From Candidatus Latescibacterota bacterium (lineage in GTDB: Bacteria > Krumholzibacteriota > Krumholzibacteriia > WVZY01): a DNA stretch of 64,000 nucleotides. The notes below the pieces were generated by a model, which was not told where the DNA came from, did no database searches, and was given only the letters and a program-made list of their open reading frames with translations. Made by a program: the position numbers and the translations under genes. Positions 11,165 through 20,461 of this stretch are shown one piece after another; positions within the stretch are counted from its first letter, which is position 1, and each line of letters begins with the position of its first letter. The DNA is taken from the NCBI GenBank assembly GCA_963791045.1, contig CAWBQK010000002.1:64001-128000 (forward strand), in the 5' to 3' direction.

Positions 11165-11605
11165 ATGTTTGGTAAGGAAGCAGATAGCCTCGGCGGCGGC
11201 GGAGGCGAAGGCAACCTCAACTCGATTCTCGGCCCAGGGTGCAAGGTTAAGGGCACAATCGAAATCCAGGGTACAATTCGGATCGACGGAGATTTTGACG
11301 GCGATATCAAATGCCCCGATACTCTTATCATCGGCAAGTCGGGTGTTGTCAAAGCCAACGTGACGGTCAAAAATGCTGTCATCGGTGGCAAGCTGCTTGG
11401 AAATATCCAGGCGAGCAACAAAATTGAACTTCAGACCGGCTCGCATGTCGAAGGCGACATCCAGACCACACGTCTGGTAATCGATGAGGGTGTGTTCTTC
11501 GAGGGTAGCTGCAAGATGGGTCAGGCAGCGACAACGTCGTCGTCACAGCGCCCGTCCTTTGAAAAAGAAACCAAGAAAGAGCTCGAAAAAGAGGCCGTTA
11601 AATAG
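11165..11605 (+). CDS. Bactofilin (polymer-forming cytoskeletal protein, CcmA family)
   Basis: SD GAGGAGG; MFGK N-terminus; SILGPGCKVKG..IRIDG..GDI..LVIDEGVFFEGSCKM beta-helix pattern. Confidence 0.93.
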   Translation: MFGKEADSLGGGGGEGNLNSILGPGCKVKGTIEIQGTIRIDGDFDGDIKCPDTLIIGKSGVVKANVTVKNAVIGGKLLGNIQASNKIELQTGSHVEGDIQTTRLVIDEGVFFEGSCKMGQAATTSSSQRPSFEKETKKELEKEAVK

Positions 11606-11635
11606 CCTGAAGAGCAGGGATCGCCAGAAGAAAAC

Positions 11636-11673
11636 AAGGGGGCCGCGGTTTTGTATACCCGCAGCCCCCTTTT
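11636..11673 (+). terminator. Probable intrinsic terminator after bactofilin
   Basis: AAGGGGGCCGCGG-loop-CCGCAGCCCCCTT stem followed by a short T run. Confidence 0.6.
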
Positions 11674-11769
11674 GCTTGCCCGTGACGCACACGAGTCGAC
11701 CGCAACAGGGGCCGCATTCCGGCAGCAAATCTGCCACAATCCAGCCAGGGTTAAGTTCAGCGCACCAAA

Positions 11770-12000
11770 TTTTGTCCACAATTGGCCGCACGGGTGTTGA
11801 TAAAGTGCCCTGCTCTGTGGAAAACCCCTAATTATATGCGTAGCAAGGAGATGGGCGGTTGGGGGTGGTGGCCGTTTCGGGCTTTTCCACAAATCACCCC
11901 GGGGTATTCGGCTTATCGTATAGTTTCAAAGAAGATAAGGTGCGCCGTTTCAACCAGCGACGCACCTCCCTGAGATTACCCTTTGATATTTAATAAAATG
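11770..12000. other. DnaA-box cluster, candidate oriC or DnaA-binding locus
   Basis: TTGTCCACA 11772-11780, TGTTGATAA 11795-11803, TGTGGAAAA 11816-11824, TTTTCCACA 11883-11891; AT-rich tract 11982-11999. Confidence 0.6.
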
Positions 12001-12002
12001 AT

Positions 12003-12019
12003 GCCCTCGCACGGAGGAC
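12003..12019 (-). promoter_or_regulatory. Candidate bacterial SECIS for the second UGA, in the 3' UTR
   Basis: Hairpin GUCCUC-CGUGC-GAGGGC starting 13 nt after the UGA at 12033-12035; shares the CCGUG apex with the first hairpin. Confidence 0.6.
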
Positions 12020-12023
12020 GAAA

Positions 12024-12248
12024 TCAGACGCCTCAGGTTCCCCCGAACCCGATGGTGACCTCACCCTCATCAATAATCACGGGGACGTCACGCCGTCCAT
12101 CTGTGTAACGGAGCATCTCCTCGAGCGCTTGTGGATCCTGCTTGACATTCCTGTAGTCAACAACGACGTTTCGCGATGCGTAGTCCTCACGGGCCGCAAC
12201 AGTGTAGGGTCATGTGTCTTTGCCAAATATCATTACTCTGCTGGTCAT
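12024..12248 (-). CDS. Glutaredoxin-like selenoprotein with two Sec residues (UXX-star-type)
   Basis: Manual translation MTSRVMIFGKDT-U-PYTVAAREDYASRNVVVDYRNVKQDPQALEEMLRYTDGRRDVPVIIDEGEVTIGFGGT-U-GV*; TGA at 12210-12212 and 12033-12035; GAGG upstream; Grx-like VP motif. Confidence 0.88.
12177..12198 (-). promoter_or_regulatory. Candidate bacterial SECIS for the first UGA
   Basis: Imperfect hairpin UGCGGCCC-GUGA-GGACUACGCA starting 11 nt after the UGA. Confidence 0.6.
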
Positions 12249-12373
12249 TGTTCCACGCCTCGTTTTTTTGTGTTACCAGGTGCTTTAGTTCGGACTCGCC
12301 GCGGGTGGCGGCTCACGTTCTGGGTTGTTGAAGTTTCTGAAAATGACACCCCGCACTTCGCTTCGCTCGCCGA

Positions 12374-12502
12374 TGGGGCCCCCGGAGCGGCGCAGCGTTA
12401 GCGAGTACGCGCGGGCTTACCATCAGGCCACTGAAGCATCTGAGCTGAACACCCCGCACCTCGCTTCGCTCGGGGTGATCGATGACAGGACCCGCGGCCA
12501 AG
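12374..12502 (+). repeat. Dispersed structured intergenic repeat, copy 2 (preceded by a partial duplicate at 12331-12368)
   Basis: Matches 4231-4344 and the reverse complement of 38399-38510; internal hairpin ACCCCG...CGGGGT. Confidence 0.85.
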
Positions 12503-12619
12503 AAAACGGTTAAAGCGCCGCGGGTTTTTCCCGCCGGACTCGTCACAACGCAACGAGGATAGATGACGCGGCTGCAAATTGGCAAGCGAACAATCGAAAG
12601 CAACAATTTCGGCGAATGG

Positions 12620-12628
12620 TGGTATAAT
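12620..12628 (+). promoter_or_regulatory. Extended -10 promoter element for the moxR cluster
   Basis: TGgTATAAT about 80 nt before ATG 12706. Confidence 0.5.
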
Positions 12629-12705
12629 TCATGGGGCTTCGGCGCCGGCCGATGCCTTTCTTATAAAAAGTCCGATACGCCCACTCTCAAAGAGGAATCG
12701 ATCGA

Positions 12706-13701
12706 ATGACAGATCAGAACCAAAAAATGGCGGATGTCGAAGAGATCAAACGATTCAACCGCGGGTACGAAAAGATCCGGGGCGAGATCGGCAAGGTTAT
12801 TGTCGGGCAGAAGTCGGTTGTCGAAGAGTTGATGATAGCGCTTTTCGCCGGCGGGCACTGCCTGGTGGTCGGCGTGCCGGGTCTTGCCAAAACACTTCTT
12901 ATCTCGACCGTGGCCAAGGCTCTCGAACTAAAATTCTCCCGCATCCAGTTCACGCCGGACCTCATGCCGTCGGATATTACGGGGACCGAGATCCTCGAAG
13001 AGGAGACCGGGACCGGTAAGAGGACCTTCAAGTTCGTCAAGGGTCCGGTCTTCGCCAATGTCGTCCTCGCCGACGAGATCAACCGGACACCGCCAAAAAC
13101 ACAGGCGGCGCTTCTTCAGGCAATGCAGGAGCACGAGGTGACGGCGGGAGGCGGCACGTTTGGCCTGGAGCTTCCGTTCTTTGTCCTCGCGACGCAGAAC
13201 CCGATCGAACAGGAAGGGACATATCCGCTTCCGGAGGCGCAGCTCGACCGGTTTATGTTCCATATCAACGTGGACTACCCGACTGAAGCCGAAGAACTTG
13301 AGATTGTCGAAACCACGACCTCTAGAGTACCGGAAGAACCCTCGGTCGTTTTGAATGCGGAAGACATTCTTCGTATCCAGCAAATCGTAAGAACGGTTCC
13401 CATCTCGAGCCACGTTCTCAACTACGCGATTCGTATCGTCCGCGCGACGCGCGACGGGGCGTCCGGCGCCGTAAAAGATTACGTGAGTTGGGGCGCCGGG
13501 CCGCGTGCGGGACAGCACCTCGTTCTGGGCGCCAAAGTCCGCGCGATCATGCATGGGCGTCCGACGCCGAGCCTGGATGACGTGCGCATGATCGCACCCC
13601 CGGTCCTCCGGCACAGAATCGTTACCAATTTCAATGCGGATGCCGATGGCGTGACGACCGACCAGATCGTCAAGACACTGCTCGACGAGGTTCCCGAGTA
13701 A
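12706..13701 (+). CDS. MoxR family AAA+ ATPase
   Basis: GVPGLAKT, RIQFTPDLMPSDITG, LADEINRTPPKTQAALL, ATQNPIEQEGTYPLPEAQLDRF. Confidence 0.96.
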   Translation: MTDQNQKMADVEEIKRFNRGYEKIRGEIGKVIVGQKSVVEELMIALFAGGHCLVVGVPGLAKTLLISTVAKALELKFSRIQFTPDLMPSDITGTEILEEETGTGKRTFKFVKGPVFANVVLADEINRTPPKTQAALLQAMQEHEVTAGGGTFGLELPFFVLATQNPIEQEGTYPLPEAQLDRFMFHINVDYPTEAEELEIVETTTSRVPEEPSVVLNAEDILRIQQIVRTVPISSHVLNYAIRIVRATRDGASGAVKDYVSWGAGPRAGQHLVLGAKVRAIMHGRPTPSLDDVRMIAPPVLRHRIVTNFNADADGVTTDQIVKTLLDEVPE

Positions 13702-13748
13702 AACCCGCCCCACGCACCGTCACAACGAACTAACAAGAGGCTTTTCCG

Positions 13749-14695
13749 GTGGCGCGAACAAAACGACAGGCCGTCAACAAATACCTCGATCCAGCCGTGG
13801 TGAGCCACCTCGGCAACATGGAGCTCAAGGCGCGGCTGATCGTCGAAGGGTATATCGCCGGTTTGCACAGAAGTCCCTACCACGGGTTTTCGGTGGAGTT
13901 TGCGGAGTACCGACAGTACATGCAGGGCGATAACACACGCCACATCGACTGGAAGGTGTACGGGAAGACCGACCGGTTCTACATGAAAGTGTTCGAGGAA
14001 GAGACGAACCTCCGCGCCACGGTGATTCTCGACAAGAGCGGCTCGATGGGGTTTGCGTCACCGGCATCACAGACGGCGAAGGTATCCAGCACGACCGGCG
14101 TCGAGATCGACAAGCTCACCTACGGCGGGCTGCTCGCGGCGAGCCTCTCGTATCTCATGATCCGGCAGCAGGATGCAGTAGGGCTTTGCCTCTTCGACGA
14201 ACAAGTCCGCGCGCTTACCGCGCACCGGGCGGTGCGAAAACATCTCTTCTATCTCTTGAGTTCGCTGGAAAGGTCGAACCCGGTGCGAAAACACAAATCA
14301 GCCCGGCGCTCCACCATATCGCCGAACGGATTAAACGGCGTGGGCTCGTGATACTGATTTCTGATCTGATGGACAACCCGGAAGACGTTCTCATGGGACT
14401 AAAGCACTTCCGGCACCGCGGACACGAGGTGATTGTTTTTCATCTCCTCGATCCTCGTGAAATCGACCTCGATTACCGCGACGAAGTCGAGTTTCAGGAT
14501 ATGGAAACCGGACGCAAGCTTCGCGTTGAACCGGCTTTCTTGAAGGAAGAGTATTCGCAAAACATACGAGCCTGGATCGACATGCTGGACCGCGGGTGTA
14601 AATCCCACCAGATCGACTACAACCTGCTTTCGACGCACACACCGTTCGACCAGGCCCTGACTGCCTACCTGAACAAACGTGTTCGATTGACCTGA
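13749..14695 (+). CDS. DUF58 / vWA-like MoxR partner (frameshift near 14270)
   Basis: GLHRSPYHGFSVEFAEYRQY..GD..HIDWKVY; continues in a second frame with RRGLVILISD. Confidence 0.9.
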
Positions 14696-14705
14696 GGACA
14701 GCGAC

Positions 14706-16817
14706 GTGCTTGGTTTTGGATTTTTGAACAGCCTGTTTCTCATCGGTCTTGGGGCGATGGCGCTTCCCATTGTGATTCATATCCTCAACCGGCGCCGGCT
14801 GCGCAAGATCAAGTTCAGCTCGCTCGATTTTATCTACGAACTCAACAAGCGGCGGATGAGCAAAGTCAATTTCCGCCGGTGGATCATCCTTATTCTTCGT
14901 ACCCTCGCGGTCGTTTTTCTCGTGCTCGCGTTTGCGCGGCCGACCATCCAGAGCAACGCCTCGTTCTTTATGCCCGGCGAGGCCCCCAAACACGTTGTGA
15001 TATGTCTCGACGCGAGTTACAGCATGAGCGCCGAGCATGAAGAGGGCACCGCCTTCACCATCGCGCGCGATCTCGCCAGGCAGGTGGTTGACGAATGCCA
15101 CCAGAACGACCTCGTCAATGTTGTCGTTTTCGCCGACCGCACCGATGTTCTCTTCGAAGCGGGAACGCGGAACAAGCAGCTCGTCCGGGGCGCTCTCGAC
15201 GAACTCACCGTCACCGCCGAAGGCACCTCGATTCCCGGCGCCGTCGAGACGGCGGTCGAACTGCTCGGCGAGTCCGAGATCGCGACGAGCGAGATTTATG
15301 TCATTTCGGATTTCAGGGAAGGCGCGGATTCGTTGGGCGGATTCGAACCGCCGGAGAATACACGCCTTATCTTTCTTCCCACGGACAGAGGGAACATTGA
15401 CAACGTCAGTATCGATCGGGTGTTCACTCCGCGAAAGCTGATCCGGCCGGGGGAAGTCATTCGGATCGGTGTGGCGATGACCAACCACTCCCGCGAGCGC
15501 GCCATCGACTTTCCGCTCGAACTCTCCGTCGACGGCAAGCGGCTCGCCGAGAAGATCGTCACGCTCTCACCCGCCTCGTCGGTCACCGAGACATTCGTGA
15601 TCTCGATCGCGGACTGGGGATCGCACAGATGCCGGGTGGCAAAAAACCGGGACAGACTCCCCCTCGATGACGATCGGCACTTTGTCATCGAAGTCTCGAG
15701 AAAAATTCCAGTCACAATCATCCGCGGAAGGAAGTTCGCCCCGGGGAGCGATTCGGATCCGGCCGCCGCGTATTTCTATATAGACAAAGCGCTCAACCCG
15801 CGCGGCGCCCAGGGCGGCGAGTTCAGCGTGAACGTGATCGACCAGAACGCGCTCACGGCGGCAAGCCTGCCGGGTAACGGTGTTGTTGTGTGGACCGATC
15901 CGCGGGAGATGGACTCGAGGCGTCTCGATTTGTTGACGCGGCATGTGTACGGCGGAGGCGCGATGTTGGTGTTTGTCGGCGGCGATCGGAACGACCTGTG
16001 GCAGGACGAAGGTTTCAGGCGTCTCCTTGGTGTCGAGCGTCTGACCGCCAGGGACAAAAACGACGGTGTGCGGTTGGGGTCTTTTGCCGGTACACATCCA
16101 ATTTTTGAAATCTTTAACGAGGAAGAGCTGGAACTGCTTTCACAATCAAGTGTGACACGGTTTGCGGCGGGCTCGGGCGTCTCCCCCGACTCGATCCTCG
16201 CCTACTTCGACGGCGGGGCGCCGGCCGTTTGGGAAAACCGACACGGCCAGGGGAGGACGCTGGTTGTGGCGGCAAGCCCCGATCTCGCCGCCGGCAATTT
16301 GCCGCTTTCACCCATGTTCCTTCCGTTTGTTCACACGGCGGTGTCGTACCTGGCCACAGCCGGTCACACCGACCCCCGACGCGAGAATCTCGTGGGCGAC
16401 GATTTGTATTTTGATCTCACGCCGAGGTGGGCGGCGCTCTCGACCCAGCTCCGCGTCAGGACCGAGACAAGGGACGCGACCGAACCCCAGCCGGACACGG
16501 CGCCTGTGTTGTTCGAATCGGGGCAGGGAGAGGTCAAGGCGATGGTGGCGCGTCCGCGTCACGTTGGGTTCTACACACTTATGGTGGACACCACGCGGAT
16601 CGCGCAGTCGTGCGTCAATGTCGATACGAGAGAATCCAATCTCAATGCCCGCGAGTTCGACGACAACGCGACCGCTGGAGCGCGGGTAATCGATGTGTCG
16701 GGGAATCTTGCCGAAGACCTTCGCCGCGAACGGCAGGGCCGCGAAGTTTTTGCCGCCTTTTTGCTCCTGGCGCTATGTGCGCTTGTCGCCGAAGCGATTC
16801 TCGGCAGGAAAGCGTAG
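14706..16817 (+). CDS. BatA N-terminal domain plus vWA membrane protein
   Basis: LPIVIHILNRRR..FSSL..LAFARP (BatA); MIDAS DASYSMS; YVISD; C-terminal TM. Confidence 0.88.
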   Translation: MLGFGFLNSLFLIGLGAMALPIVIHILNRRRLRKIKFSSLDFIYELNKRRMSKVNFRRWIILILRTLAVVFLVLAFARPTIQSNASFFMPGEAPKHVVICLDASYSMSAEHEEGTAFTIARDLARQVVDECHQNDLVNVVVFADRTDVLFEAGTRNKQLVRGALDELTVTAEGTSIPGAVETAVELLGESEIATSEIYVISDFREGADSLGGFEPPENTRLIFLPTDRGNIDNVSIDRVFTPRKLIRPGEVIRIGVAMTNHSRERAIDFPLELSVDGKRLAEKIVTLSPASSVTETFVISIADWGSHRCRVAKNRDRLPLDDDRHFVIEVSRKIPVTIIRGRKFAPGSDSDPAAAYFYIDKALNPRGAQGGEFSVNVIDQNALTAASLPGNGVVVWTDPREMDSRRLDLLTRHVYGGGAMLVFVGGDRNDLWQDEGFRRLLGVERLTARDKNDGVRLGSFAGTHPIFEIFNEEELELLSQSSVTRFAAGSGVSPDSILAYFDGGAPAVWENRHGQGRTLVVAASPDLAAGNLPLSPMFLPFVHTAVSYLATAGHTDPRRENLVGDDLYFDLTPRWAALSTQLRVRTETRDATEPQPDTAPVLFESGQGEVKAMVARPRHVGFYTLMVDTTRIAQSCVNVDTRESNLNAREFDDNATAGARVIDVSGNLAEDLRRERQGREVFAAFLLLALCALVAEAILGRKA

Positions 16818-16832
16818 GAAGCGAACAACATC

Positions 16833-19800
16833 ATGCCCAGATCCGGCAGAGACATCGATCAACACGGGGCGGCCTCGCTCGTAGACAAAGTGCGCCGCGT
16901 GGACGGAGTTCGTGCGATCGAACGGGCCCTCGGTGGTGGCGCGCGCCGGGTGGATGTGTCGGGACTCAAGGGAACGGCCGGGGCGTTTGTCGTGGAAGCG
17001 CTCAGGGGATCATTCGGCGGCACGTTTCTAGTGTGCTGTCCTGACGAGGAAACGGCGCGGGATGTTCACGCCGATCTCGATACGGTTTCTCCATCGAGGG
17101 TCGCGTTTTTCCCCGCCAAAGACATCTTTCCCCAGCGCTTCGATGTCAAAGAGAACCTCTCCGTCAGGGGAAAGCGCAACGCGTGTCTCGATGATATCCG
17201 CATGGGGCACGTCGATATTGTTGTGACGAGCCTTGTCGGGTTTCTCGAAAAAACCATCCGCGTCGATAAACTCCGGAAACACGTTCGCCGTATTGGTGTC
17301 GGCGATGATCTCGATCTCGAAGAGCTTCGTGGCCATCTCGTCGATGTCGGGTACGAGGCCATGTCGATTATCGAGGAGCCGGGACAGTTCGCCGTCCGCG
17401 GCGCCATTGTTGATTTGTACGACCCTTCCTGGGAAGACCCCGTGCGGTTCGAGCTTCTCGACGACGAGGTGATTTCGATCCGTGCCTTCGACATCGAATC
17501 GCAGCGCTCGAACGTCCAACTGGAGAGCGCGCGGCTCTTGCCCGCCACCGGGGTTATTGTCGGCGACGAGGCGTTCGCGGAACTCAAAACCAATCTGACG
17601 GAAAAAGGATTCGAGGCGGCGGCGATCCAGGATATCCGGCAGGAGATTGAAGACCATCGCTTTTCGTATCTTCTCAGGCGTTACGCGCCGGCGATGGGGG
17701 TTGACGGAGCGCTGCTCGACTTTTTCCCGTCACCTCCGACCGTATTTTTCTGGGACGAAGAGGGGCTTGCGCACGAATTTGAAAAACTCCAGGGAGAAAT
17801 CGAGCATGTGAAAACCCTGGCCGGTGAGGCGGAGCCCGTGCTCGATCTCCACGATTACACCCACCCGCCCGAGTACTACACGTCCCGCGGCGTTGCCGCC
17901 GTTCACCACTGGAAACTCGCGCCCAAAGGCGACGCGGCGCCCCCCCATGTTATCTCGTTCCGGACGAATGAACATCCGACGGTGGTCGGCAAGTTCGAGA
18001 CGTTTGTCGACACGCTTAAGTCGCTCAGGCAAAAAAACACGGACATCCACATCTTTTCTGAAAGTGCCGTCCAGCGCGAGCGGCTTGCCGATATGCTTGG
18101 CGATGACGAGGCTCTCGTTCATCTTCCCGTCGGATGGATCTCGGCGGGATTTGTGTGGCCGTCGAGCGGGCTCGCCGTTCTGACCGATCACGAGATATTT
18201 CACAGGAGTCTCCCGCGACCCACGGAGAGGGGGCCCGTGCGTCGAACGCAGGCGCGCCGGCCGGAGAATCTCCAGGTGGGTGATTTCATCGTCCATGTCG
18301 ATTATGGGATCGGCCGGTATCTGGGTCTGGAAAAGGTCCCCGTCGAGGGGGGAGAGGCCGAATGTCTCAATCTTCGCTACGAAGGGACGGACCGGATCTT
18401 TGTCCCGCTCGATCAGATGGGGCTTGTCGAGAAGTACGTCGGCAAGGATGGTGTTGTCCCCGCGATCGACCGGCTGAGAAGCACGAAGTGGCAGCGGACG
18501 AAGGAGCGAACAAAGAAAGCGCTCGAAGATGTCGCGAGGGACCTGCTCCAGGTTTACGCGGAGCGCGAGGTGGCCGGCGGGCTTGCTTTCAACCCCGACG
18601 GGCAGTGGCAAAAAGAACTCGAAGCGTCGTTCCCGTTCGAGGAGACGCCTCACCAGCTCAAGGCCGCCGAAGAAATCAAGAAAGACATGGAATCGCCAAA
18701 GCCGATGGACAGGCTGATCTGCGGCGATGTCGGTTTCGGCAAGACGGAGGTGGCGATCCGGGCGGCGTTCAAGGCGGTCAGCCAGGGCAAGCAGGTGGCG
18801 GTCCTCGTGCCGACCACGATTCTTGCCCTCCAGCATTACAAGACCTTCAGCGAAAGGATGGCGCCCTTTCCCGTCAAGGTCGAGATGCTGAGCCGCTTCC
18901 GTTCGGCGGCCGAACAAAAGAAAATTGTCGAACAGCTTGGAAGCGGGCAGGTCGACATCGTCATCGGTACGCACCGGCTTCTCTCAGGGGACATTCGCTA
19001 CCATGACATCGGTTTGCTCATCATCGACGAAGAGCACCGCTTCGGCGTGAAGAACAAGGAGAAGATAAAGACGGGTCAAACGGACGATCGATGTGCTTTC
19101 GATGACGGCGACGCCAATCCCGAGGACACTCTACATGAGTCTTTCGGGATTGAGGCGGATATCGGTGATTGATACGCCGCCCAGGAACCGGCACCCGGTA
19201 AAGACCGAAGTTCTGCCGTTTGACGAGGACACGATTGCACAGGCGATTCGCGCCGAGGTGCGTCGCGGCGGACAGGCCTTTCTCGTCCACAACCGCGTGG
19301 CGTCGATCCAATCGATACAAGCGTTTCTCGAGCGCCTCCTCCCGGAAGTTCGCTTCGGTGTTGCGCACGGGCAGATGGCGGAGAAGGATCTCGAGAAGAT
19401 CATTCTTGATTTCATCGATAAAAAGTTCGATGTGCTCGTGTCGACGACGATTATCGAGTCGGGGCTCGACTTCCCGAATGTCAATACGATCATCATCAAC
19501 CGCGCGGATCGCTTCGGGCTCGCCGAGCTCTACCAGCTCAGAGGTCGGGTCGGCCGGCGCGAACAGCAGGCGTACGCCTATCTCCTTGTGCCTCGCAACT
19601 TCTCGGTCAGCGAGAACGCGAGCAAACGACTGCAGGCGATGGAGGATTTCGAGGAGCTGGGAAGCGGGTACCGCCTGGCGATGCGCGACCTCGAAATCCG
19701 TGGCGCCGGAAACGTTCTGGGTGTGGAGCAGCACGGCCAGGTTGTCGCCGTCGGGTTCGATTTGTATTGCCGGATGCTAAAAGAGGCCGTCGACAAGCTC

Positions 19801-20304
19801 AAAGGCGATGCCGAGGTTGAGAAACCCGAATGCCGGATAGAGTCCCGGCTGCCGAGCTTTCTCCCCGATCGTTATGTCGAGGACCAGAACGAGCGGATGG
19901 CGATTTACAAGCGCCTCGCCCATCTCAAAGTCCCCGAAGAGGCCGACGAATTCGAGAAGGAAATCACGGATCGTTTCGGCGAGCCTCCAAGGGAAGCCAT
20001 TAATTTAATTGAGCTTACGCGCATCAAGCTCCGCGCGATGCATCTTGGCATCGGTCTCGTCCAGTTCCGGCCCGGGCGGGTCGTTGCCGAGTTTCTCCCC
20101 GAGCGATCCCTCCACCCGCATCTTTGCGCGCAACTTGTGGAAACTTTTGAGGGGCGCGTGTTGTTTAAATCGGGAGAGACGTTCGGGCTCACTTTGGCGC
20201 TCGGACCGCACGCGGATCTGCTTGCGGAAGCCAAAAAGCTGTTGCAAGTGGCTTATTTTTATGATAAAACGTACAATCCCCCAAATAGGGAACATCCATC
20301 GTAG
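16833..20304 (+). CDS. mfd: Transcription-repair coupling factor Mfd (frameshift near 19070)
   Basis: [44 protein letters not shown], then [29 protein letters not shown] in the next frame. Confidence 0.95.
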
Positions 20305-20461
20305 TCTTCGCGGAGAACGAACAAACGCACAGACGACAAGCGCTCAAAAACCGGGGCCACACCAGGCGTTCGGTGGCGGGGGCTTTGCTCGTTCGCCGTT
20401 GTGGTAACGAGGCCTGTATTTAGAATAAGATTCTCTGGCATTTCGATAAGGAGCGGTAGTT

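Noticed and set aside
12331-12502. Tandem CCCCGCACYTCGCTTCGCTC units as a CRISPR array
   Set aside because: Only two units, the intervening DNA is itself repeated elsewhere, and there are no cas genes
12129-12606. Track ORFs 12129-12401, 12313-12606 and 12325-12513
   Set aside because: They are shadows of the selenoprotein gene or translations of the repeat, with no protein-like motifs
19060-19095. Programmed frameshifting in mfd and the other split genes
   Set aside because: No shared slippery site or stimulatory structure; the indel density across unrelated genes points to sequencing error
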